Assembly: GCA_937959395.1 (NCBI GenBank)
Contig: CALGLR010000055.1
Span: forward strand, 9,603 to 73,602
Direction: 5' to 3'
DNA from: an uncultured Flavobacteriaceae bacterium
Lineage (GTDB): Bacteria > Bacteroidota > Bacteroidia > Flavobacteriales > Flavobacteriaceae
Length of the DNA stretch: 64,000 nt
The notes below the pieces were generated by a model that made no database searches, was not told where the DNA came from, and saw only the letters and a program-made list of their open reading frames with translations. How positions within the stretch are numbered: position 1 is the first letter of the stretch; every line of letters begins with the position of its first letter. This document shows, piece after piece, positions 38,277 to 47,565 of this stretch. Made by a program: the position numbers and the translations under genes.

Positions 38277-39311
38277 TTCACTAAAATTAGTAGTTGTTTC
38301 CGTTCTCTTAAACCCTTTGTAATTATCTATTTGCTTAAGTTTTTCTAAATTAAAATGATTTTGTTTACAATAGGGAGCTATTCCTTTTAAAAGCAATGAT
38401 TCTGCTAAGTATTCTTGTTCAGATTGCCCTGGTGTTGGAATAAAAAATACTTGTTTCTCTAATGCTGCTAAATCCATAATTGTAGTATAACCAGATCGAG
38501 ATATAATTAGTTTACTAGAATTAATAGCTACTTCTAAATCATGAGAAGTCATAAAGTTATAAATTGTAAACTGGTTAACTTTCAAAGTCGTCTGTTTAGT
38601 TTCTATTTTTCCTTTTACAAATAAAATTTCACCTTCATAATCTTTTAATTCTTTTAATAATTTCTCTTCTAACAATTGCCGCTGTGGTTCTGGTCCAGAA
38701 AGCAAAACCATTATATCATATTTCTTTTCTACTGTTTTTTTAACCATACGGCTTAAAGGACCAATATAAATTGCTTTTAATTCCTTTTCCTTTGAAAATA
38801 AATGCCCTAATTTTCCAGATAGATTAGGTTCCTTTTCAAAATCTGGAACCCAAACGGTGTCAAATTTCTTAAGAAACTGTTGATGAACTTTACTTGTTGC
38901 TTTAGATGTATTTCCACTTAAAACATGAAGCTGATGTGTTATAAAAACTGAAGGTACTCTATCGCTCCTAACCCCAAACCTATTATCCGAAATTATTCCT
39001 GAAAGATTAAACTCGTCTACGATTCTATCTATTTGCTTTTTTTCAGCGATAATTGCCTTATATATCTTTTTAGATTGTTTAAATAATACCCATTTAAAAA
39101 AGCGGCTATTCTTAGCATATTTAATATTATAACCCGTTAAGGGTAAGAAAATAAGTTTCGGAAACTCTTTTCTTAACAATTCTAAAGACGCTCCATCACT
39201 AGCTATTATAGGTTCATAGTTATTTTCTAGTAATGCATTGATTATTGGAATGCATCTAGTTGCATGTCCAATACCCCAATTTAAAGGCGCTACAAGAATT
39301 CGTTTTTTCAA
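38250..39311 (-). CDS. GT28/MurG-like glycosyltransferase family protein
   Basis: N-terminal PLNWGIGHATRC and C-terminal SRSGYTTIMD motifs. Its 3-prime end overlaps the convergent kinase gene by 27 nt. Confidence 0.6.
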   Translation of the reverse strand: MKKRILVAPLNWGIGHATRCIPIINALLENNYEPIIASDGASLELLRKEFPKLIFLPLTGYNIKYAKNSRFFKWVLFKQSKKIYKAIIAEKKQIDRIVDEFNLSGIISDNRFGVRSDRVPSVFITHQLHVLSGNTSKATSKVHQQFLKKFDTVWVPDFEKEPNLSGKLGHLFSKEKELKAIYIGPLSRMVKKTVEKKYDIMVLLSGPEPQRQLLEEKLLKELKDYEGEILFVKGKIETKQTTLKVNQFTIYNFMTSHDLEVAINSSKLIISRSGYTTIMDLAALEKQVFFIPTPGQSEQEYLAESLLLKGIAPYCKQNHFNLEKLKQIDNYKGFKRTETTTNFSELFTFFESK

Positions 39312-39436
39312 GAGTACTTATTTTCGTTTAAAAATTTAATTTAGAGAATCTTCTTAACTTTTATCTTTAATTTCAAAGATAATCATAAACATCTCTTATA
39401 TATTTCCTTAATTTTACCGAAAATTTAATATCAGGA

Positions 39437-40111
39437 GTGGGAAGCAAAAATAAATTAAAACGATTTAAAGAAAATGAAACGTTTGAAAATGTGTTTCAGC
39501 CTAGTAGAGACGAACTAGTAGATCAAACATATCCATTAAAAGGAAATTGGAATACGACTTTTTTTAAAAACAACAACCCTTTAGTTTTAGAATTAGGATG
39601 TGGAAAAGGCGAGTATACTGTTGCACTAGCTAAAAAATTTCCAAACAAAAACTTTATTGGTATTGATATTAAAGGGGCACGTTTTTGGAGAGGAGCCAAA
39701 ACAGCAATTGAAGAAAAAATTCCTAATGCCGCTTTTTTGCGTACTCAAATTGAGTTAATTGAATATGCATTTGCAGAAGCAGAGGTCGATGAAATATGGA
39801 TCACTTTTCCTGATCCTCAAATTAAATATAAGCGCACAAAACATAGAATGACAAATTCTGAGTTTTTAAAACGTTACAAAACTGTTTTGAAACCTAATGG
39901 TGTTATGAATCTAAAAACCGATAGCGAATTTATGCATGGCTATACCTTAGGTTTATTACATGGTGAAGGTCACGAAGTATTATACGCAAATCATAATGTT
40001 TATAAACAAGAAGGCAGCCCAGAAGAAGTTACAAGTATTCAAACCTATTACGAAAGTCAATACCTTAAAGAAGACAAACCAATTACGTATATTAGGTTTA
40101 AAATTAAATAG
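39437..40111 (+). CDS. trmB: tRNA (guanine46-N7)-methyltransferase
   Basis: LELGCGKGEY SAM motif and ITFPDPQ motif. GTG start. Confidence 0.85.
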   Translation: MGSKNKLKRFKENETFENVFQPSRDELVDQTYPLKGNWNTTFFKNNNPLVLELGCGKGEYTVALAKKFPNKNFIGIDIKGARFWRGAKTAIEEKIPNAAFLRTQIELIEYAFAEAEVDEIWITFPDPQIKYKRTKHRMTNSEFLKRYKTVLKPNGVMNLKTDSEFMHGYTLGLLHGEGHEVLYANHNVYKQEGSPEEVTSIQTYYESQYLKEDKPITYIRFKIK

Positions 40112-40113
40112 CA

Positions 40114-40743
40114 TTGAATATAACTATCGTATTTTTTTCAAGTCTACTTATTGCTATTATTGGCGTTATCCCTCCAGGATTACTTAATATGACTGCTGCA
40201 AAAATTAGCGTAAAAGAAGGCCATGTTCGTGGCTTAGTTTTTTCTATTGGAGTTTGTGTAATTGTAATAATACAAACACTAATTGCTGTTATTTTCGCAC
40301 GATATTTAAGTAATCATCCTAGTATCATAGACATTTTAAAACGAGTCGCTTTTGTAATTTTTGTACTTATAACTATTTACTTTCTTCTTATAGCTAACAA
40401 AAAAGGAAAACCAAATATAGAAACCAATGTAAAAAGCAAGAAAAGTCGATTCTTTCAAGGTATGTTATTATCAAGCTTAAATGTTTTCCCTATACCTTAC
40501 CAAGCTTATATGAGTGTTACACTAGCCAGCTTTGGCTTATTAACGTTCGACACTACTGGGATTTCATCTTATGTTGCAGGTGCAACCATGGGAACTATGG
40601 TGACACTTTATATTTATATTTTCTTCTTCGATCGTATTAAAAGTAAGCGAATTAAATCTCAAAAAAATATGAATTACCTCATCGGGACTATTACTGGTGT
40701 CATTTCTATTGTTACTTTTATAAACCTTATTAAAGAACTATAA
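40114..40743 (+). CDS. LysE-family amino-acid exporter-like membrane protein
   Basis: About 6 TM helices, PPGLLNM N-terminal motif, TTG start. Confidence 0.5.
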   Translation: MNITIVFFSSLLIAIIGVIPPGLLNMTAAKISVKEGHVRGLVFSIGVCVIVIIQTLIAVIFARYLSNHPSIIDILKRVAFVIFVLITIYFLLIANKKGKPNIETNVKSKKSRFFQGMLLSSLNVFPIPYQAYMSVTLASFGLLTFDTTGISSYVAGATMGTMVTLYIYIFFFDRIKSKRIKSQKNMNYLIGTITGVISIVTFINLIKEL

Positions 40744-41072
40744 TGAAACCCGAAACTCTTAATTTTTTCGATAAAGTCTACGAAGTTGCCAAACGCATTC
40801 CCTATGGAAGAGTAACGAGTTATGGAGCTATTGGAAACTATTTAGGAGCACCTAGAAGCGCTAGGATGGTTGGTTATGCAATGAATGGATCGCATGGAAA
40901 AGATGTTCCTGCGCATCGTGTTGTAAACAGAAAAGGTTTATTAACAGGCAAACACCATTTTGACGGCACAAACTTAATGCAACAACTTCTAGAAAGTGAA
41001 GGGGTTAAGGTTATTGAAAACCAAATTCAAGATTTAGAAAGTGTGTATTGGGATCCAAACAAAGAGCTTTAG
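40743..41072 (+). CDS. MGMT-family DNA-binding protein (Atl-like, no obvious PCHR active site)
   Basis: IPYGRVTSYGAI...VPAHRVV shows Ala instead of the catalytic Cys context PCHRV. Confidence 0.75.
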   Translation: MKPETLNFFDKVYEVAKRIPYGRVTSYGAIGNYLGAPRSARMVGYAMNGSHGKDVPAHRVVNRKGLLTGKHHFDGTNLMQQLLESEGVKVIENQIQDLESVYWDPNKEL

Positions 41073-41097
41073 GAATGGTTTTTGATTCCTTTTTAGA

Positions 41098-41958
41098 ATG
41101 AAAAAATTTTCTACATACATTATCATTTTACTGGTTTTCTTCTCGTGTTCAGAAAAAACAAATCAAAAAGAAACAGTATCGTTACCTAAATTGATCCCTG
41201 CAAAATATGATTCTATATTGTCTTTAAATATAGACAAAATGATCGCTTCAAAACCGGTGGTTTATGGAATTAATGTTAAGGATAGTTTTAATTTATCGCA
41301 AAAAACCGATTACAATAGACAAAACTTCACAGACTCATACCCTTGGAACGCATTAAAAAAAGACAGTTTAATTGTTATAGTAGACACCACTTTTATTAGT
41401 TTTACTAGTAATGAATTAGCCAGATTTAGCTCTATCCCACCACCTCCTCCTCCTAAAAATAGTAAAATGTATTCAAAAGAATATGAATTAGAATATAAAA
41501 AAATTAAGAAGCTAATTAAAGAAAGAACTCTAAAACATTTCAAAACTTATCCTTTGTATGTTTACAATTCTTCATCACAGTATGTAGAAGTTCAAATGCC
41601 CTTACAAGGTGACGATTTATATTTTATTATTGAAGCGCTAGATCAATCTAAAAACTGGAAACCAATTGAATACTGGGACCAACCAGGTTTTTTATGTGGT
41701 ACTGGACATGAAGATTATGTTTTAAAACCTAAACATTTTATAGTATCTGCAGTTAAAAAATATAATGGAGACTATAAAACTAAAATGAGAATTAAACTTA
41801 AGTCGTTTGATAAAACATATTATTCAAATGAATTTTCAGGTACCATGAATTTAAACCAATTTGATGCAACCAAAGTAATTTCCAATTTTGATAAAAAATT
41901 CGGCAATAGAAATGATGAAAAACATAAGAGAAGGAAAAAAATGCTTTTTTTAGATTGA
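41098..41958 (+). CDS. hypothetical lipoprotein
   Basis: Lipobox FFSC and a PPPPPPP run. No family recognised. Confidence 0.45.
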   Translation: MKKFSTYIIILLVFFSCSEKTNQKETVSLPKLIPAKYDSILSLNIDKMIASKPVVYGINVKDSFNLSQKTDYNRQNFTDSYPWNALKKDSLIVIVDTTFISFTSNELARFSSIPPPPPPKNSKMYSKEYELEYKKIKKLIKERTLKHFKTYPLYVYNSSSQYVEVQMPLQGDDLYFIIEALDQSKNWKPIEYWDQPGFLCGTGHEDYVLKPKHFIVSAVKKYNGDYKTKMRIKLKSFDKTYYSNEFSGTMNLNQFDATKVISNFDKKFGNRNDEKHKRRKKMLFLD

Positions 41959-42122
41959 TTTTAAAGAAATTTAAGCCTTATACCTATTTATTAGCTAAAA
42001 ACTTCTTACTTCTAACTTCGTACATCTAACTTTCTTAGTATCTTTGCACTTTAGAATGATTCTTGATAAGTGATGCTCAAATTTTTAGAGCGCAGTGATT
42101 AAAAGTTTGTGTAGCAGAACTT

Positions 42123-42142
42123 ATTCTCACGAAGGTGGGAAT
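42123..42142. repeat. REP-like hairpin (ATTCCTGC-CTTC-GCAGGAAT family, variant, opposite orientation)
   Basis: ATTCTCAC-GAAG-GTGGGAAT followed by CTCAT. Lies 60 nt upstream of mrp. Confidence 0.55.
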
Positions 42143-42202
42143 CTCATTAAGTAATCTTGTAATTAATTTGAAAAGAAAAAACCCTTTTGTAAGGAAACCT
42201 AT

Positions 42203-43339
42203 ATGAAATTTACAAAACAAGACCTATTAAAAGCACTAGAAACTATAACTGTACCTGGAGAAGGGCAAAACATGGTTGAAAGTGGTGCTGTGAAGAATAT
42301 TGTAACTTTTGCCGATGAAGTTATCGTAGACATTACGATAAAAAACCCTGCTTTACAAGCACGTAAAAAAACAGAAGCCGATATTGTTAAAACGATTCAA
42401 GACAAGGTTTCTGCAGAAGCTAAAGTAAAAGTGAATATAACGGTAGAAGCCCCTCCTGCAAATGCTAAAAATGAAATAAAAGGAAATCCTATTCCTGGAA
42501 TTCAAAATATAGTAGCTATTGCTTCCGGAAAAGGAGGTGTTGGTAAATCTACTGTTACCGCAAACTTGGCAGTAACATTGGCAAAAATGGGATTCAAAGT
42601 TGGTGTTTTAGATGCCGATATTTATGGACCATCAATGCCAATTATGTTTGATGTAGAGATGGAACGCCCGCTATCTACAACCGTAAACGGAAAATCAAAA
42701 ATGAAACCCGTAGAAAATTACGGCGTTAAAATTTTATCTATAGGTTTCTTTACCAAACCAGACCAAGCTGTTGTTTGGAGAGGACCAATGGCTGCAAAAG
42801 CATTAAATCAAATGATTTTTGATGCTGCTTGGGGTGAATTAGATTTCTTATTACTGGATTTACCTCCTGGTACTGGAGACATCCATTTAAGCATCATGCA
42901 ATCCCTACCCATTACTGGTGCAGTTGTAGTAAGCACACCTCAAAATGTAGCACTAGCAGATGCAAAAAAAGGAGTCGCAATGTTCCAACAAGAAAGTATA
43001 AATGTTCCAGTTCTAGGTATTATAGAGAATATGGCTTATTTTACTCCTGAAGAACTTCCTGAAAATAAATATTATATCTTTGGAAAACAAGGTGCTAAAT
43101 ACTTAGCAGAAGATTTACAAGTCCCTTTGTTAGGAGAGATTCCATTAGTGCAAAGTATAAGAGAAGCTGGAGATATAGGTCGTCCTGCTGCTTTACAAGT
43201 AGCAACACCTTTAGAAAAAGCTTTTGAAACTATTACAAGGAACGTGGTGCAAGAGGTTGTTAATAGAAATACAGACTTGCCACCTACAGAAGCAATAAAA
43301 ATTACAACAATGGCTGGATGCTCAGCAATCAAGAAATAA
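42203..43339 (+). CDS. apbC: Mrp/NBP35/ApbC iron-sulfur cluster carrier ATPase
   Basis: N-terminal DUF59-like domain, deviant Walker A SGKGGVGKST, C-terminal Cys pair region. Confidence 0.9.
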   Translation: MKFTKQDLLKALETITVPGEGQNMVESGAVKNIVTFADEVIVDITIKNPALQARKKTEADIVKTIQDKVSAEAKVKVNITVEAPPANAKNEIKGNPIPGIQNIVAIASGKGGVGKSTVTANLAVTLAKMGFKVGVLDADIYGPSMPIMFDVEMERPLSTTVNGKSKMKPVENYGVKILSIGFFTKPDQAVVWRGPMAAKALNQMIFDAAWGELDFLLLDLPPGTGDIHLSIMQSLPITGAVVVSTPQNVALADAKKGVAMFQQESINVPVLGIIENMAYFTPEELPENKYYIFGKQGAKYLAEDLQVPLLGEIPLVQSIREAGDIGRPAALQVATPLEKAFETITRNVVQEVVNRNTDLPPTEAIKITTMAGCSAIKK

Positions 43340-43395
43340 TTAATACATTTTGTCCCTTTCCTTTGGAGAGGGTTAGGGTGAGGAAAAAATAAGAC

Positions 43396-43638
43396 ATGAC
43401 TACAGAAGAACTAAGACTAAATATTGAAAAAGCGCTTGACGAAATTCGTCCTTTTTTACAAAGTGATGGAGGAGACATTTCATTATTATCTATAGAAGAT
43501 GATAAGCTTGTAAAAGTACAGTTAGAAGGTGCTTGTGTAGGATGCAGCGTAAACCAGATGACATTAAAATCTGGAGTTGAAATGACTATTAAAAAATACG
43601 CACCGCAAATAGAAGAAGTTATTAATATTGAAAACTAA
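43396..43638 (+). CDS. NifU C-terminal-domain (Nfu-like) protein
   Basis: 80 aa with the GACVGC motif. Confidence 0.85.
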   Translation: MTTEELRLNIEKALDEIRPFLQSDGGDISLLSIEDDKLVKVQLEGACVGCSVNQMTLKSGVEMTIKKYAPQIEEVINIEN

Positions 43639-43696
43639 TTTATAGAAAGGCAACTTCAAGTTGTTTTTTTGAATAGATTATTGAATTAAAAAAATA

Positions 43697-43728
43697 ACCT
43701 ACAAGGCCTTAAAACCTTGTGGGTTTTT
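43697..43728 (+). terminator. intrinsic terminator after nifU-like gene
   Basis: ACCTACAAGG-loop-CCTTGTGGGT followed by TTTTT. Confidence 0.7.
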
Positions 43729-43756
43729 AAATAAAATATGAGGTGGAAATCATGAG

Positions 43757-43776
43757 ATTCCTGCCTTCGCAGGAAT
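43757..43776 (+). repeat. REP-like hairpin ATTCCTGC-CTTC-GCAGGAAT at the fnr start region
   Basis: Perfect 8-bp stem, part of a 25-nt string identical to 44955-44979. Confidence 0.8.
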
Positions 43777-43778
43777 AC

Positions 43779-44840
43779 ATGATAAAAACAGACATACTTA
43801 TTATCGGTGCCGGGCCAACAGGTTTATTCACCGTTTTTGAAGCAGGGTTATTAAAATTAAAATGTCACTTAATTGATGCCTTACCTCAGCCTGGCGGACA
43901 ATGTTCAGAAATTTATCCAAAGAAACCAATCTATGATATTCCAGCATACCCAGAGATTTTAGCTGGTGATCTTACAGAGAAACTAATTGAACAATCTAAA
44001 CAATTTGAACCTGGTTTCACTTTAGGGGAACGCGCCGAAACTATAGATAAACAAGAAGATGGCTCTTTTATAGTTACTACTAATAAAGGCACTAAACATC
44101 AAGCTCCAATTGTTGCTATTGCAGGTGGTTTAGGCAGTTTTGAACCTAGAAAACCACCTATTCATAACATTACAGATTTTGAAGATAAAGGTGTAGAATA
44201 CATTATAAAAGAACCAGAACTGTATCGTAACAAAAATGTAGTGATTGCTGGTGGTGGTGATTCTGCATTAGATTGGAGTATTTTTTTAAGCGATGTAGCA
44301 TCTAGTGTTACCCTAATTCATAGACGTAATGAATTTCGAGGCGCATTAGATTCCGTAGAAAAAGTACAAAAACTCAAAAATGAAGGCAAAATTAAGCTAA
44401 TTACACCTGCAGAAGTTGTAGGTATAGTTGGTGATGATAAAGTAGATGCCATTGTATATAAAACAGCCGATCATATTCAAAAAAAAGTGACACTTGAAAC
44501 CGATCATTTTATTCCACTTTTTGGATTATCTCCCAAACTAGGACCAATAGCCAATTGGGGGTTAGAAATTGAAAAAAATGCAATTATAGTTAATAATGCT
44601 TTAGATTACCAGACTAACATCCCGGGTATTTTTGCTATAGGAGATGTGAATACATATCCTGGAAAGCTAAAATTAATTCTTTGCGGTTTCCATGAAGCCA
44701 CCTTAATGTGTCAAGCAGCTTATAAAATTATAAATCCTGGCAAGCGTTTAGTATTGAAATACACCACAGTGAGTGGCATCGATGGTTTTGACGGTTCTAG
44801 AAAGGAAGCTCCAAAGGCTGTTATAAAGAAAATAGAATGA
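43779..44840 (+). CDS. ferredoxin--NADP(+) reductase (thioredoxin-reductase-like type)
   Basis: Preferred start gives MIKTDILIIGAGPTGLF. Second Rossmann motif IAGGGDSALDW. Alternative in-frame starts are ATG 43752 and GTG 43743, inside or next to the REP. Confidence 0.85.
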   Translation: MIKTDILIIGAGPTGLFTVFEAGLLKLKCHLIDALPQPGGQCSEIYPKKPIYDIPAYPEILAGDLTEKLIEQSKQFEPGFTLGERAETIDKQEDGSFIVTTNKGTKHQAPIVAIAGGLGSFEPRKPPIHNITDFEDKGVEYIIKEPELYRNKNVVIAGGGDSALDWSIFLSDVASSVTLIHRRNEFRGALDSVEKVQKLKNEGKIKLITPAEVVGIVGDDKVDAIVYKTADHIQKKVTLETDHFIPLFGLSPKLGPIANWGLEIEKNAIIVNNALDYQTNIPGIFAIGDVNTYPGKLKLILCGFHEATLMCQAAYKIINPGKRLVLKYTTVSGIDGFDGSRKEAPKAVIKKIE

Positions 44841-44960
44841 AAGGCATTAAATTTGATATTATAAAATGTCACACTGAGCGCAGTCGAAGTGTTAATAGGA
44901 ACTTTTAGACGACTCTAAATGACAACGAAATTAAAAAATATTTTAAACTTAAAACATGAG

Positions 44961-44979
44961 ATTCCTGCCTTCGCAGGAA
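44961..44979 (+). repeat. REP-like hairpin at the ferredoxin start region
   Basis: ATTCCTGCCTTCGCAGGAA, second copy of the 25-nt string. Confidence 0.8.
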
Positions 44980-44985
44980 CTAAAG

Positions 44986-45318
44986 ATGGAACAAGACATA
45001 AACATAACAATTACAGACAGAGAAGGTAAAGTTCATAAAATAGAAGCGCCTACAGATATGGCAATGAATTTAATGGAAGTCGTTCGTTCTTTTGAAATAG
45101 AGCCTGAAGGCACTGTTGGGGTTTGTGGAGGCATGGCTATGTGCGCTTCTTGCCAATGTTATGTATTAAGTGATACAGTACTACCAGAAATGCAAGACGA
45201 TGAAGAAGCGATGCTTAGTGAAGCGTTTTACGTTAAAGATAATTCGCGTTTAGGATGCCAAATACAAATGACTCCAGAAATGGAAGGTCTTATTGTAGAA
45301 CTAGCTCCTGAAAGTTAG
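44986..45318 (+). CDS. 2Fe-2S ferredoxin (adrenodoxin/putidaredoxin type)
   Basis: CGGMAMCASCQC ... LGCQ cysteine pattern. Preferred start is MEQDINIT; an alternative in-frame ATG at 44956 lies inside the REP. Confidence 0.85.
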   Translation: MEQDINITITDREGKVHKIEAPTDMAMNLMEVVRSFEIEPEGTVGVCGGMAMCASCQCYVLSDTVLPEMQDDEEAMLSEAFYVKDNSRLGCQIQMTPEMEGLIVELAPES

Positions 45319-45325
45319 CTAAAAG

Positions 45326-45367
45326 CTCCGCAAAACTATTCATTAAAACAATTCTGCGGAGTTTTTA
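45326..45367 (+). terminator. possible terminator after ferredoxin gene
   Basis: CTCCGCA...TGCGGAG 7-bp stem with a long loop, followed by TTTTTA. Confidence 0.45.
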
Positions 45368-45543
45368 TTTAGTAAAATATACTATGAATTCATTTAAACT
45401 TTTTCAATTTGCTAAAAAATTGCCCTTTTGTCTCTAATTTTATCCTTTTTTTCATTCCGTAGTTATGCTATGCAACTCAAAAAAGTAGTCAATTAAAACC
45501 AAAATGACTAATTTTCGCTTAAATCTAAAAGTTTAAATGAGTT

Positions 45544-46233
45544 CTATAAGTAATCACAATCATTCAACTGTGGAGATATTTTTATTTTTTTAATATCATA
45601 TCCTTGTTTTATAAGCCTAATAAGCATGCCTATAAAAACTCTTTTTTCTTTGAAAGATCTTAGTTTTGGTGAGCGACTTAATATGAATAAATTTTCTCTA
45701 TTTGGTTCTCCAACAACGGCAAAATCATAAGGCGCATCATTATTAAATGCTACTAAATCTATTATCCAATAATCCCCAGGAAAAGGGATATTGTCGAAGC
45801 GTACTTTTAATTTTGCGTTACTTTGGGTGTCTACAATTTCTGCACTACCACTAATGGTATTTGAATCTCCCGTAATAATTGATGTGCAATTGTTAAGAAC
45901 ACTAACACCGTTTGTTATCGCCTCATAATCTGCAGTAGTACATTTACACGTTAAATTGAAAAAAGTGGGGAAGTTTGCCAATTCAAACCAACGACCAGCG
46001 TAACGATCTAAATCCACGAAATCTACTGTTTGAACATCTCCAAAACGATTAAAATTATCAGACTTAGAGACTTCAACAGCTTCATTAACTAATTCATTTA
46101 ATAAATCTTCGGTTAGCGATATACTTTCATCTTGTTTAACATCTGGTTCTACTGTGGTTTCTTCTTTTTCACAAGAAAATAAACCAAAGGTTAAACATAG
46201 AATTAGGACGTAGAGGGATTTTTTTGCTTTCAT
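45544..46233 (-). CDS. lipocalin (Blc-like) lipoprotein
   Basis: Start moved to MKAKKSLYVLILCLTFGLFSC (lipobox). YAGRWFE lipocalin motif. Confidence 0.7.
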   Translation of the reverse strand: MKAKKSLYVLILCLTFGLFSCEKEETTVEPDVKQDESISLTEDLLNELVNEAVEVSKSDNFNRFGDVQTVDFVDLDRYAGRWFELANFPTFFNLTCKCTTADYEAITNGVSVLNNCTSIITGDSNTISGSAEIVDTQSNAKLKVRFDNIPFPGDYWIIDLVAFNNDAPYDFAVVGEPNRENLFILSRSPKLRSFKEKRVFIGMLIRLIKQGYDIKKIKISPQLNDCDYL

Positions 46234-46340
46234 AATTTTAGTATTGCTATTTTGTTTAATGTTTATTAATAAATGTAAAATATTAAACAAAATGAGCGTA
46301 TTTATTGTTAAAGTTTTAACAATAAATTAGCATAAAATTA

Positions 46341-47243
46341 TTAATTCCCTGTGATATAATCAATTAGCTCCCTTGGCCCTTCTAAAACAGCTCTTACAAT
46401 TTTAAGAGTACCGTCGTCTTGGGTAGCAATATGCCATTTAATAAGTGATATGCTACCATTTTCTATTTCAATGCCTGTAATACTTCTAGGGTGAACACAA
46501 CTGCCGTCGTTAAAAAAAGCAATATCACCAGGTTCAGGAAAACGGGGTCGATGTGTATGACCAACAATAGTTACTAAATTATTATTTTGGGTTATCCACT
46601 TCTTTGTTTTTCGTTCAACCTTTATAAGTTCAGTATAGTTTTTTGCAGGGCTTGTAGGATCTGCAATCCCCATTACATTTAAAGGTTTCCAAAGCACACG
46701 AACCATAAATCGGCTCCATTTCCAAAATATATAATTCCACCAATCGGCTTGATGCCCATGGGTTAAAAATATTTCCTGCCCCGTATTACAATGTTTTAAA
46801 ACCACTCCTTCATGATAGGTAATGTCTTTAAACAACTCTATATCTTCCCCTGTTTTAGGATCAAAATAAGTCGCCAAATATTTTTTTACATAATTAGAAT
46901 CTCTATACACCATATCATGGTTTCCCCATATCATATGAAGTCTATCTCCTTTGTGAAACAACTTTAATAACATATAGACATTCTTATGTGCATGAAGAAT
47001 AGATTCGAATTTCAGATTCTCCCATAATTCATCGCCGTCTCCTAATTCACAATATTGAAAACCTTCGGCATAGTAGTGTTTAAGGGCATGAAAATAGATA
47101 TTTCTATTCTTTGAAAAATCATCGGCAAAGCTATTATCTCCACGATGGCAATCGCTAAAAAGCACTATTTTGCTATCATTATCAAAATCGACAATTTTTG
47201 CTTCTTTGTATGCGCGATCTAATCTCTTTTTTGCTGAAAACAT
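46341..47243 (-). CDS. metallophosphoesterase family protein
   Basis: LFSDCHRGD, GDGDELWE, GNHD and GHTH motifs. Confidence 0.75.
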   Translation of the reverse strand: MFSAKKRLDRAYKEAKIVDFDNDSKIVLFSDCHRGDNSFADDFSKNRNIYFHALKHYYAEGFQYCELGDGDELWENLKFESILHAHKNVYMLLKLFHKGDRLHMIWGNHDMVYRDSNYVKKYLATYFDPKTGEDIELFKDITYHEGVVLKHCNTGQEIFLTHGHQADWWNYIFWKWSRFMVRVLWKPLNVMGIADPTSPAKNYTELIKVERKTKKWITQNNNLVTIVGHTHRPRFPEPGDIAFFNDGSCVHPRSITGIEIENGSISLIKWHIATQDDGTLKIVRAVLEGPRELIDYITGN

Positions 47244-47492
47244 ATAGTAAATGTAAACAAAATTCCATAAAAAATATATTTTAAAAATCTCAATAAGATA
47301 AAATGTCCTATCGAGCGCAGACGAGATGTTTATTGGTTAAAAACTTCTCGATTTTAGCCTTTCTTGAGCAATAATCGAAGGACTCGAACAAACAAAAAAT
47401 GCGTTTTAAAAATAAGCTTCTCGATACAAATTTACATCGTTTCACTAAGTAAATTCACTCGAAGTGACGCAGCTGCAAAAAAGATAACTCAA

Positions 47493-47530
47493 TAAAAAAA
47501 TGCGCTTTAATATGAAGCGCATTTTCTTAT
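47493..47530. terminator. bidirectional hairpin, functional terminator for the acyl-CoA dehydrogenase gene (minus)
   Basis: A-run, AATGCGCTT-loop-AAGCGCATT, then T-rich tail. Confidence 0.7.
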
Positions 47531-47565
47531 TTTCAACAGTGAGATGACAAATGTCTCTTAGCGAC

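Noticed and set aside
43743-43778. Track start codons that extend fnr (43743), fdx (44956), DUF58 (59805), trxA (58787), lipocalin (46290) and the DegT aminotransferase (24235)
   Set aside because: The extensions cross REP-like palindromes or lack signal or lipobox logic. Internal ATGs give canonical N-termini. For fnr and fdx the alternative start is kept open as a finding rather than fully dismissed.
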